Shown piece by piece: positions 46,064 to 55,282 of a DNA stretch of 64,000 nucleotides. Location of the stretch: positions 132,908-196,907 of the forward strand of contig CAZUBK010000001.1 in NCBI GenBank assembly GCA_964618725.1, written 5' to 3'. The DNA is from an uncultured Pseudomonadales bacterium (GTDB taxonomy: Bacteria; Patescibacteriota; Microgenomatia; UBA1400; Chazhemtobacteraceae). The position numbers were made by a program, and so were the translations under genes. Numbering within the stretch: position 1 is the stretch's first letter; the number at the start of each line of letters is the position of its first letter. The notes under the pieces were generated by a model. It was not told the DNA's origin. It did not search any database and saw only the letters and a program-made list of their open reading frames with translations.

Positions 46064-47301
46064 TTAAGTAAGGTTTTCAGTTTGTATCCAGTAATAGAAA
46101 GGACTAAGGTGTTAGCGACGGCAAGTGAGATAGTTGGAGCAAAGGCACCGTACTTGGGGATTAAGAGGACATCTAGAATAACAAGAACAACTACCTGAAT
46201 AATGGTTGTTTTGGCGATAAAACTCGGTTGATTGTAGGTGTAGATAATGGGGTTAACAGTAATAATTGAGAAAAGAAAGGGAATCATAGCGAGGGTGAGA
46301 GTACTAAAAACAGGGATGGCGGCTTTGTACTCTGGACCAAAAACGAGATTGATAATGAGGGGGGCAAGAAAGATAGAAAAAATCATCAGGCCACTGACAC
46401 CTAAAACAAGTAGGGAGAGTTTCTTTAGATAACTGATAGTGGCCGACTTCTCACTAAAGATAGAGAATCTGGGAGCGACGACACTCCCAAGACTGCTGAC
46501 AAGCAGACTAAAAAGGAGTGAGACCCTACCCGCAGCAGCAAAAAGACCGGCCTCTAAACTACTATGGAGGGCATTAAGCAAAATTATATCGACTCGAGCG
46601 ATTGCAACTGAAAAGATTTGCATTACGGCAAGCCACTTGGCGAACTGAAAAACTTGTTTTGCATGGGTTTTGGGGAAGAATCTGGAGATGAATTTGAATT
46701 CCTCCCGTAACCCAAAGAAAACAACCGAGGCTGAAGCGAGAAGAGAGGCTAATAAGATTCGGTCGATATTTATGGCAGTGTAAAAAAAGAGAACTGCCGT
46801 GAGGCCTAGTTTCATCCAGGAGCCAAGACCCATTAAGAAGCTGACATGAAGAAATTTTTTCTCCGCCTTAAAGATTGCCTGGGCAAATGACTCAAAAGAC
46901 ATAGTGAGAACGAGTAAAGAGAGGAGTAGAAGATGAGTCGTGGTGGCACCGGGAAGGATGATGTGTTTAAGGGGGATTAGACTCAGGGTTACGAAGAGTA
47001 ACAGAATACCTATGAGAAGTTGGAGCCAAAAAGTGGCGGAGATAATACTATTTCGTTCCGAGGGGAGTTTGGGTAGGAAGTTAATTAGGGCCGAGGATAT
47101 ACCCATATCAGCAAGCGAGCCAAACAGGGTGACAAGAGCAAACAGGGCGGAAAAAATACCAAAATTGGCCGGACCTAGTGAACGGGCGGTTAAGACGCTA
47201 AACAACATACCGCCAATAGCAACCAGACCGTTGCCGACTAGGATAGTGAAGGCGTCTTTTGAGGTCGAAGAAAGAAGTAGACGTTTTATCTGAGATATCA
47301 T
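46060..47301 (-). CDS. wzx: Wzx-type oligosaccharide flippase (polysaccharide biosynthesis protein / MOP superfamily), copy 1
   Basis: 12 TM, N-terminal 'VGNGLVAIGGMLFSVLTARSLGPANFGIFSALFALVTLFGSLADMGISSAL'. Confidence 0.65.
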   Translation of the reverse strand: MISQIKRLLLSSTSKDAFTILVGNGLVAIGGMLFSVLTARSLGPANFGIFSALFALVTLFGSLADMGISSALINFLPKLPSERNSIISATFWLQLLIGILLLFVTLSLIPLKHIILPGATTTHLLLLSLLVLTMSFESFAQAIFKAEKKFLHVSFLMGLGSWMKLGLTAVLFFYTAINIDRILLASLLASASVVFFGLREEFKFISRFFPKTHAKQVFQFAKWLAVMQIFSVAIARVDIILLNALHSSLEAGLFAAAGRVSLLFSLLVSSLGSVVAPRFSIFSEKSATISYLKKLSLLVLGVSGLMIFSIFLAPLIINLVFGPEYKAAIPVFSTLTLAMIPFLFSIITVNPIIYTYNQPSFIAKTTIIQVVVLVILDVLLIPKYGAFAPTISLAVANTLVLSITGYKLKTLLK

Positions 47302-47335
47302 AAGTTGATTGTAGTCTAAAGAATCTAGTTACAGT

Positions 47336-48265
47336 TTGATAGAATTTGCCAATACGATAATGGAGAAAGTTTTTGTTGTCATACCAGTTTTCAACCGACT
47401 TAAATACACCAAAGAATGCTTGGATAGTGTTTTTGAGCAAAAGTATAAGAATTTTAAAGTAATACTGATTGATTCTGCTTCCACCGACGGAACCTTATCT
47501 TATGTGAGAAGAAAGTATCCCAAAGTAACCATAATTGAAGGAAGGTCTGACTGGTGGTGGACCAGGGCTACATGCGAAGGGATTAAAAAGGCCCTGCGTG
47601 AAGCAAAAGCCTCGGATTACATATTGGCTCTTAATAATGATTGTTTTGTTGATCCTTCATATTTGAATCGGATACTTGCAACTGCTCGAAACAATAAAGA
47701 TTCAATCGTGGGATCTTTGTGTGTAGAAGCAAAAAATCGGAACAGTGTAGTTGAAGCCGGGATAAAATTGGACTGGAAAAAAGGACAAGTGATTCCACTA
47801 ACGCAGAAATACGGCACTGATAGAAAAAAATACCGAGGAGCGGGTTTGATTACAAATAGTGATGCACTACCAGGTAAGGGAACATTGATTCCAGCCAGGG
47901 TAATCCTGAAACTTGGAGGCTTTAATTATCGGAGGCTTCCTCACTATCTTGCTGATTATGAATTTACAAATAGAGCTAAAAAGAAGGGCTATAAACTTAT
48001 TGTTGATCCCAAGGCCGTTGTTTACCATCATTGGGAGGCAACAGGCAATGGATTTAGTCTTAGCCGGAATCGCTATAGCTATAAGGAGGCATATGAACTA
48101 GTGTTTGGGAGAAAATCGATGAATAATCTAATTGATTGGATAAACTTTGTTTTGTTAGTATGCCCCCCCTCTTTGCATAGGCACAATTTTAAGCTTTTAC
48201 TAGCTAGACTGTTTACAGGACTGGGGACACTATCTCCTTTTTATTATGTATTTCGTCATTCTTAA
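47336..48265 (+). CDS. GT2-family glycosyltransferase
   Basis: 'VIPVFNRLKYTKECLDSVFEQKYKNFKVILIDSASTDGT'. Confidence 0.7.
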   Translation: MIEFANTIMEKVFVVIPVFNRLKYTKECLDSVFEQKYKNFKVILIDSASTDGTLSYVRRKYPKVTIIEGRSDWWWTRATCEGIKKALREAKASDYILALNNDCFVDPSYLNRILATARNNKDSIVGSLCVEAKNRNSVVEAGIKLDWKKGQVIPLTQKYGTDRKKYRGAGLITNSDALPGKGTLIPARVILKLGGFNYRRLPHYLADYEFTNRAKKKGYKLIVDPKAVVYHHWEATGNGFSLSRNRYSYKEAYELVFGRKSMNNLIDWINFVLLVCPPSLHRHNFKLLLARLFTGLGTLSPFYYVFRHS

Positions 48266-48271
48266 AATTAT

Positions 48272-50074
48272 ATGTGTGGCATAGTTGGTAGTGTTTCACT
48301 AGGAAAAGCTAACGTAAGTACAGAATGGGTCAAAAGTATGCAGAATCAAATTCACCACCGAGGACCAGACGGTGAAGGATTTTGGCGAGATGCCCAAGTC
48401 GCTCTTGCGATGAAACGGTTATCAATCATTGACGTGGAGGGTGGCGGCCAGCCACTTTTCAATGAAGATGAAAGCCTGATCGTTGTGGGCAATGGTGAGA
48501 TCTATAACTATGTCGAGCTCAACCGATCACTTAGAAGAAAAGGTCATCGGTTAAAGACAGGAAGTGACATAGAGACGATAGTGCATTTGTATGAGGAGTA
48601 TGGACTAGGCTTTTTGAAAAAACTGAGAGGAATGTTTGCCATAGCTCTTTATGACAAAAGGCGAGGGAAAATCATCCTGGCTAGAGATAGAATGGGAGAA
48701 AAGCCGCTTTACTATGCCAGGCTTGAGGATAGAATTGTGTTTGCTTCGGAAATGAAGGCATTACTTAATCACCCAAGAATATCGAGGCGGCTGAACAACC
48801 GAGCGATAGATGATTTCTTCCACTATTACTTTGTCCCCGAACCCGGTACCTTATTTGTCGATGTCAAGAAACTGGCACCGGGAGGTTATCTAGAAGTAGA
48901 TCTGAAGGAGCAATCGTTAACTGAGGGAAGATACTGGAGTCCTAACTCAATTGAACCAGACGAAAGGGGACGCAAGGAGACAATACAAGAAATCAGAGAC
49001 AGATTTTTCGAGGCGTGTAAATTGACATTTCGTTCTGATGTGCCTGTCGGCGTATCTTTGTCTGGCGGACTAGATTCGAGCGCTATCTTAGCGGTGATGG
49101 CTAGAGAATACAAAAATAGTCTCAAGGCGTTCTCGATTGGATATAAGGACAGCTCAGCTTCGGATGAGAGAAAACAAGCACGGTACTTGGCTGAGAAACT
49201 AGATATTGAGTTTATTGAGGGAGAGATAGATACCAAGGAAATGATTGATGGTTTTCCACAACTGATTTTCGATATGGATGACCCGATAGCGGATATTGCG
49301 GCTCACCCTATCCGAGCTGTGTCTCGCTTAGCTAAGAAGAATGGTATTTCTGTATTGCTTGGAGGAATTGGGGGAGATGAACTTTTCTGGGGGTATTCTT
49401 GGACTCAGAAAGCAGTGCAACGAATGATTGAACGCGGAGGGAACAAAATACCCGATTTCTATGCACAGACGCCTGGGTTTGTTTGGGCTGAGAGATTGGC
49501 AAAGAAGCTGTATCCAAAAGAATTTGCCGATAGTTTACCAAGAGATTCGGCATACCGATTCTTGGAATCCGAGTTGTCTGCGGGAAAACTGAAGTTGGCA
49601 AGACATGGGCTGGATTTGGTTCGAGATCTTTGGCTAAAATCTAACTGCCTGGTACTGTCAGATCGACTGAGCATGTCAGCTTCAGTTGAGTTAAGATCCC
49701 CCTTCTTGGATTATCGCTTGGTGGAATCAGTACTAGCAAACAAACAAGTTGTACTAGGTTTCCAGAGGCCTCCAAAATATTGGTTTAAGTTGGCTATGAA
49801 AGGGATACTTCCGGATGAAATACTAAACCGACCGAAGAAGGGATTCACTCCACCAGTCGGGAAGTGGCTGTATGGCCTGATCAGAAAATACCTCTCTTTA
49901 CTTGATGATGGGTTCTTGGTTAACCAAGGGGTTATTAATCGTGGAAATCTAGGAATCTTGACCAAAGCCTGGCCTCTTTTGCCAAGGGGGTGGTACACGG
50001 TCTACCAATTAATACTACTCGAGATTTGGGGGAGGGAGTTCGTCGAGGGAGTCAAGCCGTCTGACATTGGATAG
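48272..50074 (+). CDS. asnB: asparagine synthetase (glutamine-hydrolysing)-family amidotransferase, copy 2
   Basis: 'MCGIVG', 'SGGLDSS'. Paralogue of the 42580 gene. Confidence 0.8.
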   Translation: MCGIVGSVSLGKANVSTEWVKSMQNQIHHRGPDGEGFWRDAQVALAMKRLSIIDVEGGGQPLFNEDESLIVVGNGEIYNYVELNRSLRRKGHRLKTGSDIETIVHLYEEYGLGFLKKLRGMFAIALYDKRRGKIILARDRMGEKPLYYARLEDRIVFASEMKALLNHPRISRRLNNRAIDDFFHYYFVPEPGTLFVDVKKLAPGGYLEVDLKEQSLTEGRYWSPNSIEPDERGRKETIQEIRDRFFEACKLTFRSDVPVGVSLSGGLDSSAILAVMAREYKNSLKAFSIGYKDSSASDERKQARYLAEKLDIEFIEGEIDTKEMIDGFPQLIFDMDDPIADIAAHPIRAVSRLAKKNGISVLLGGIGGDELFWGYSWTQKAVQRMIERGGNKIPDFYAQTPGFVWAERLAKKLYPKEFADSLPRDSAYRFLESELSAGKLKLARHGLDLVRDLWLKSNCLVLSDRLSMSASVELRSPFLDYRLVESVLANKQVVLGFQRPPKYWFKLAMKGILPDEILNRPKKGFTPPVGKWLYGLIRKYLSLLDDGFLVNQGVINRGNLGILTKAWPLLPRGWYTVYQLILLEIWGREFVEGVKPSDIG

Positions 50075-51328
50075 ATAGATTTTTCGTTTAAGTCCGCCTA
50101 GAAATTTGATGTTGATAAAGACAAGAAAAAAGGTATTGGCGAGAAGGGCGGAGATGGCTGGCCCAAGGGAGCCGAATTGGGGAATAAAGTAGAGATTCAG
50201 GGAGAGAAGCAAAAGAAGCTGGAGGATTTGAGCATGGGCAACAAAATGAGGAAGATTAAAGGTGAAGATAAGGGCATTGCTGGTGATAATGGCGTATGAG
50301 GCAGGGATGATCGAGAGAACAATTAGCTTAAAGACTGAGACAGCCCCAGAGTAGCTTGGACCGTAAATCAGTTCGATAATAAGGGGGGAGACAAAAAAGA
50401 GACTAATTAGAACTAAGTTGATAAGACTAATTAGAATAACTAGCTTGGACATATACTGTCTTAATCTCTTCACACTAGAAAAACTGGAGAAACGAGGAGC
50501 AACGACACTATTTATGGTGGCAAACAGAAGGTTAAATACGAGAGAAACTCGGTTAGCCGCCGCCAAAAGACCCGCCTGATAGGAATCACTCAGGGAGGCG
50601 ACCAAAAGAATATCTATTTTTGATAAGGCGATGGTTAGAATTTCGATAATGGCACCCCATTTAGCAAAAGTAAAAAGTGTCTTAATTAGTTTCCGATCAA
50701 TGGAAAACTGGAACTCCTTGACGCCAATAAAAAGTCCAAGGATGCCTGTTAGCAACGAAGCTATCAGAGAAAAACGAAGAATGTTAATGACAGACAATGA
50801 GTGGAAAAGGAAATAGAGCGCAAAAACAAAAGCAAGTTTTATGAGGGAATCTAAAACTTGAATGAGAGCAACGGCGGCGAAATGACTTTGAGCTTTAAGG
50901 ACCTTCTGACTAAAGCCATTAAGGATGAAGGCCATGATGAGGCAGGCGGCAATTACCCCTTTGTCAAAATTGATATCGGGTAGATAACGTGACCAAAATG
51001 GGTGGAGAAGAATGATAGAGGAGCCCACTATACCAGCGATCAGAAGCTGGAAAAGGAGAGTCAAACCAATTAGCTTGTTCTTTTTGGTTCCAGATTTAGG
51101 TAAAAAATTGATCAGGGAACTAGCGGTGCCCAGGTCTGCCAGACTGGCAATAATGACGGCGGTTGTAGTGATAACAGAGTAAATGCCAAATTTGACCGGA
51201 GACAGAAAACGGGCAACAAAAATTGTAAATAGAATACCAAGGACGACGGTAAAAAAGTTTCCTGTTAGGGCGGTCAGGGTATGCCTTGAAGTTTTACTAT
51301 TGAGAAGAGTTACGAATAATTTCCTCAT
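50015..51328 (-). CDS. wzx: Wzx-type flippase, copy 2
   Basis: 'LTGNFFTVVLGILFTIFVARFLSPVKFGIYSVITTTAVIIASLADLGTASSL', parallel to copy 1. Confidence 0.65.
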   Translation of the reverse strand: MRKLFVTLLNSKTSRHTLTALTGNFFTVVLGILFTIFVARFLSPVKFGIYSVITTTAVIIASLADLGTASSLINFLPKSGTKKNKLIGLTLLFQLLIAGIVGSSIILLHPFWSRYLPDINFDKGVIAACLIMAFILNGFSQKVLKAQSHFAAVALIQVLDSLIKLAFVFALYFLFHSLSVINILRFSLIASLLTGILGLFIGVKEFQFSIDRKLIKTLFTFAKWGAIIEILTIALSKIDILLVASLSDSYQAGLLAAANRVSLVFNLLFATINSVVAPRFSSFSSVKRLRQYMSKLVILISLINLVLISLFFVSPLIIELIYGPSYSGAVSVFKLIVLSIIPASYAIITSNALIFTFNLPHFVAHAQILQLLLLLSLNLYFIPQFGSLGPAISALLANTFFLVFINIKFLGGLKRKIYLSNVRRLDSLDELPPPNLE

Positions 51329-52818
51329 ATTTGGCTTCTTAGAATAACACCTCTAATTTCCTGTCGTTCGTAGTTATCTTCCGGATTGATGACGAAGGAG
51401 CTTTCGATGGTGAAGTACTTTGCAAGATATGGATGGGTTAGTTTATCTTTGTCTTGAAGAACTGAGTTCCAGACTCCGAGGCTAAAGTCGTTGTCCGATG
51501 CCAGATAGTTGGTAATAACGATGTAATCGATTTCTTCTTCGAAACCTTTCATGTTATTGGGGTCGAGGGGGAACCACATGGTAGTCAAGCCCTCATACCA
51601 GGCAGCCCAGGCATCGAGATTGGTAATAGTAAGTTTGCCAACTGGAATGTTTTCCGCCATCTTAGCAGCAATTAGTCGACGAACGGGAGGCTTATCTATA
51701 TTGTAGATCTGTTGACGAAAACGCCAGTCAATTGTCCAGGAACCCAAAACGGGAAAAATAACGAACAAGAACAAAATGATTCGGGCCAATTGTTGACGCT
51801 TTACTGGTTTGAAAATCACTTCCTCAAAACAACAAGCGGCTGAAATACCAATGAGTGGGAGGAGGGGGTGGATGTAACGGGCGTTTGGTAGGGTTGCTGA
51901 GGCAGCTAAAAGAAAAACTAGGAATAGGAGGAGAGTAAATTGAAAAACGAGCTTTTGTTGCGGCTTACTTGATAAGAACAAAAAGAAGGTAAAGAAGAAC
52001 AAAATAATAGGGTGAATAATGCGCTGTGGATCTTTGGCGAAGTTGTATAAATTGTAAAAAGTTTTGGAAAGGATTTGTTTGCTTGACAATTCTGTTACCG
52101 CTTCACCGCGTAAATAAGATCCTTGAGCAGAAGAGGGAGGCAAATACAAAGCGCCGACTATTTTCCCAGGGGAAAAGAATTCGTTTGAATAGTTTTTAGT
52201 GATATAGAGGAGAGAAGCCAAGAGAAGAAGAGTCATTACAATAAAGGGGGTACGGAATTTAGCTTCTCCCCTGGAAAAAAAGACCCGGAAAGACAAATAG
52301 ACTAATAGAGCAAGAAGGACTAGAACCCCTTGTTGCCTGGTGAAGAATAGTAGAAAGAGGGTAGGGGGGATGAAGACAAAACGAATTGGATTGGACCATA
52401 TGAGAAAGCGCACAAGTAATAAAAGTAGGGTGGTAAAAACTATTTCCGAGCTATAGTTTATAGCATAAGAGAGGAAGAACGGATTAAAGACAAAAAGAAT
52501 GCAGGCTACTACCGCTACAGTGGTGGAATGAATCTGCTTACTGATTGAATACACCAGATAGAGACAGATCAGTCCAAAAAGTATTCCAACCATTGCGACA
52601 GTTGTATCAACGATTGGCAAAAAGCGAAAAAACTGAGCAAGTATGGCGACAGGCAAGGGAGGTAACTGAGCGGGAAAGAGAGCACCAGACGAATAATGAC
52701 TCAACCGGGCTGGGTCAAAGAAACTATGGGTGATCTCAAGCTGACCGCTAAAGAGATATGTCTTGGCGGCTTGGGCAAGCTTGGCGGAATCGGAAAGGGA
52801 TAAGAAGAAATTAAACAC
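51325..52818 (-). CDS. polytopic membrane protein (possible GT-C / PMT_2-like glycosyltransferase)
   Basis: More than 10 TM helices plus a C-terminal soluble domain; 4-bp overlap with the flippase. Confidence 0.3.
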   Translation of the reverse strand: MFNFFLSLSDSAKLAQAAKTYLFSGQLEITHSFFDPARLSHYSSGALFPAQLPPLPVAILAQFFRFLPIVDTTVAMVGILFGLICLYLVYSISKQIHSTTVAVVACILFVFNPFFLSYAINYSSEIVFTTLLLLLVRFLIWSNPIRFVFIPPTLFLLFFTRQQGVLVLLALLVYLSFRVFFSRGEAKFRTPFIVMTLLLLASLLYITKNYSNEFFSPGKIVGALYLPPSSAQGSYLRGEAVTELSSKQILSKTFYNLYNFAKDPQRIIHPIILFFFTFFLFLSSKPQQKLVFQFTLLLFLVFLLAASATLPNARYIHPLLPLIGISAACCFEEVIFKPVKRQQLARIILFLFVIFPVLGSWTIDWRFRQQIYNIDKPPVRRLIAAKMAENIPVGKLTITNLDAWAAWYEGLTTMWFPLDPNNMKGFEEEIDYIVITNYLASDNDFSLGVWNSVLQDKDKLTHPYLAKYFTIESSFVINPEDNYERQEIRGVILRSQI

Positions 52819-52836
52819 TGATAGAATTTAGCATAC

Positions 52837-53955
52837 TTAGACTCGGGAGGCTAAATGGATTGAGTGAATGGCTCTGGCAGTAGTAATGATTTGACTCGTG
52901 GTTAAGCGCAAGCCAGAGGGTAGATAGAGTCCTTGAGAGGAAATAAGATCACACTTGGGAAAGTCCTTAGTAGTAAGGTAGGGAGCCAAAATGGGTTGCA
53001 TGGTTGGGGGATAGAAAAAATCGCGGGTATCAATACCTAGGTTTTTTAGCTTGTAACGTAGCTCATCCCTGGAGATACCAAACTTGGATTCATCAACCCT
53101 AATGGCATACATCCAATACACATTCTTGGCATATGATGCAGTTACTGGAAGAAAGAGCCCGGCGATATCTTTAAGATACTTATGATAAAGCTTGACCATT
53201 TTAAGTTTCTTCTGAATATATTGGTCAATATGTGAAAGTTCGCCAAGACCAATGGCGGCCTGAAGATTAGTTATACGATAGTTGAAGCCGATTTTTTCGT
53301 GGACAAATCGCTTGGCATCAGAATGATACAAATCGCGAAGTTTTCTGGCCTCTTTGGCAAGAGAGTCATTGTTGCAAACGACCATCCCCCCCTCGCCCGT
53401 AGTAATGATTTTGTTTGCATAGAAGCTGAAACAAGAGATATCACCGAAAGTGCCACATTTCTTTCCCCGATACTGTGCCCCGTGGGCTTCGGCAGCGTCT
53501 TCGACAACAAATAACCCATGTCTTTTGGCGATTTCCAGAATCGGATCGAGATCAGCGGGGTGTCCGTATATATGGACGGGGAGAATAGCCTTGGTTTTTG
53601 CAGTGATGGCTTTTTCAATTAATGAGACATCTATATTGTAGGTCTCAAGCTCACAATCAATGAAAACGGGGGTAGCGCCGACATAAAGAACTGCTAGCCA
53701 AGTGGCGGCCATGGTAAAGGCCGGGACGATTACTTCATCGCCTGGACCTATGCCCAAAGAGAGAAGAGCGACGTGGAGAGCAGCGGTACCATTACTGACG
53801 GAAATAGCATGTTGGACGCCTAGGTAGTCGGCGAAGGCTTGTTCAAACTGAGCTACAAAAGGACCAGCCGAAGAAAGCCAACCAGAGCTAAGTGCTTGGC
53901 GGACATTCCTTTTTGCTTCTTTAGAAAGAACTGGTTCATTTACTGGAATATTCAT
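52837..53955 (-). CDS. DegT/DnrJ/EryC1/StrS-family PLP-dependent sugar aminotransferase (start corrected to MNIPVNEP; the track's 54141 start overlaps the upstream cupin gene)
   Basis: 'VSNGTAALHVALLSLGIGPGDEVIVPAFTMAATW', 'FYANKIITTGEGGMV', and Lys in 'SFYANK'. Confidence 0.75.
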   Translation of the reverse strand: MNIPVNEPVLSKEAKRNVRQALSSGWLSSAGPFVAQFEQAFADYLGVQHAISVSNGTAALHVALLSLGIGPGDEVIVPAFTMAATWLAVLYVGATPVFIDCELETYNIDVSLIEKAITAKTKAILPVHIYGHPADLDPILEIAKRHGLFVVEDAAEAHGAQYRGKKCGTFGDISCFSFYANKIITTGEGGMVVCNNDSLAKEARKLRDLYHSDAKRFVHEKIGFNYRITNLQAAIGLGELSHIDQYIQKKLKMVKLYHKYLKDIAGLFLPVTASYAKNVYWMYAIRVDESKFGISRDELRYKLKNLGIDTRDFFYPPTMQPILAPYLTTKDFPKCDLISSQGLYLPSGLRLTTSQIITTARAIHSIHLASRV

Positions 53956-54448
53956 CTTGCCTAGGTGTGTGATTATGGTAAATATCTGTTTGTTGATTAG
54001 ATGTTGATCTTTGCTGGATGGGTGGATAGTTGCCTGCTTGTATATCACGGAAAATCTTGGCGTTTTGATCGCCGGGGTATGGTCCTTGTTTGATCTCGAT
54101 GATTCGACAGTCTTCAACGACTTCGAGGCCGTGTCCACCACTAACTAATAGGACAAAGTCTCCAGCAGAGAGAATAAATTCGCCCAGCTCTTCCCATTCA
54201 TTGGAGAATAATTTTATTTTGACTTGGCCCTTTTCTATGTAGAGAAATTCTTGGGTAGTATCAACTTGATACTGGATGTCTTGACGGTGAATATGATCTT
54301 TGACGATTTTGCCGGATGGGTGCTCGATTAAACCCAATTGAAGAGTATAGCTGTCTGGGGAAAGGAACTTAACACCCTCGGCCTTAATTTCGTGAGAGAA
54401 AATATGGGCAATAATTTGGTCTTTGTATTTGACTATTCCAGTAGTCAT
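53936..54448 (-). CDS. cupin-domain protein, probable WxcM/FdtA-like sugar-nucleotide 3,4-ketoisomerase
   Basis: About 140-aa cupin core with 'DHIHRQ...EFLYIEKG...SAGDFVLLVSGGHGLEV'. Immediately upstream of, and overlapping, the DegT aminotransferase, as in QdtA/QdtB-type pairs. Confidence 0.4.
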   Translation of the reverse strand: MTTGIVKYKDQIIAHIFSHEIKAEGVKFLSPDSYTLQLGLIEHPSGKIVKDHIHRQDIQYQVDTTQEFLYIEKGQVKIKLFSNEWEELGEFILSAGDFVLLVSGGHGLEVVEDCRIIEIKQGPYPGDQNAKIFRDIQAGNYPPIQQRSTSNQQTDIYHNHTPRQDEYSSK

Positions 54449-54466
54449 GTCGGGTTGATTGTAGCA

Positions 54467-54475
54467 TGATATAAT
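54467..54475 (+). promoter_or_regulatory. extended -10 promoter element TGaTATAAT for the HD-domain gene
   Basis: tgatataat read directly; SD aaaggag 7 nt before ATG 54544. Confidence 0.4.
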
Positions 54476-54543
54476 CGTGGCTGATCAGATGGATTTACAA
54501 CTCTTCTGGTAGTCTCGTACTTTAAATCAAAAGGAGAAATTTA

Positions 54544-55239
54544 ATGAGAATCTGGGAACAGTTTCCCGGCGTATTTCTAGCCGTTAAACAGGATCACAAT
54601 GAAGTTGGTCTTGTCAGTCATCATGACTTTGTACACGCTGCTCGTGTGGGGGAGATTGCCTATCAAATAGCGTTGAATGAATGGGGAAATGAACGAATGG
54701 CACAATTAGCTGGGATTTCGGGATTGTGCCACAATTCGGACCGAATCATTCAAGCAAAATTGAATTTGGAACGTAAAGATCCCTCGCCTGCAGAGGTATC
54801 TTCTCTTATCTTTTCGCAGTTGGGTACGGACTTTACGTTGGCAGAAAGAGATTTAATTATTGAGGCAGTACTGAAACATGAAGATTTAAATTCAATTAAT
54901 GATTCACCTATTCTCATCTCTTTAATGGATGCTGATCGAGTTGTGAATTTGGATATCGATCTTTTCCCTCGTAGTGGACAGTATTATTCGGATCTGCCAG
55001 TTGTGGACTATCTACACTTTCTTAATGATCCGAAAGCCACTTATCGAGATCCCAAGACGGTCTTGCGCGATATTGCATACTCGCTTGATTGGGTGAACCC
55101 AAATTCAGCTGTTTGTATTCGCACTGTTTTAGGCCAAAGGATGGCGCTTCGACGCACCGAAATCTTTAGGGTTTTTTTTGAGGCCTTGAAATCTCAACTT
55201 GAAGAAGAAGGTGTAAAACCGTACCCTTTTGGTGATTAA
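54544..55239 (+). CDS. HD-domain phosphohydrolase-like protein
   Basis: 'SHHDFVHAARVGEIA' (H..HD..H..RV pattern), then 'LCHNSDR' and 'LMDADRV'. Confidence 0.45.
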   Translation: MRIWEQFPGVFLAVKQDHNEVGLVSHHDFVHAARVGEIAYQIALNEWGNERMAQLAGISGLCHNSDRIIQAKLNLERKDPSPAEVSSLIFSQLGTDFTLAERDLIIEAVLKHEDLNSINDSPILISLMDADRVVNLDIDLFPRSGQYYSDLPVVDYLHFLNDPKATYRDPKTVLRDIAYSLDWVNPNSAVCIRTVLGQRMALRRTEIFRVFFEALKSQLEEEGVKPYPFGD

Positions 55240-55250
55240 GAGAATAAAAG

Positions 55251-55282
55251 AAGCCCTATGACGACATGGGGCTTTTATTTTT
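55251..55282. terminator. bidirectional Rho-independent terminator between HD gene (+) and GT4 gene (-)
   Basis: aagccctatg-acga-catggggctt 10-bp stem (one G-U) followed by TTTTATTTTT on plus and U-rich on minus. Confidence 0.55.

Noticed and set aside
52837-54141. Long form (434 aa) of the DegT aminotransferase given by the ORF track
   Set aside because: The extra 62 N-terminal residues have no similarity to DegT N-termini and overlap almost the whole 3' third of the cupin gene. An internal ATG (MNIPVNEP, 53955) gives a canonical DegT start.
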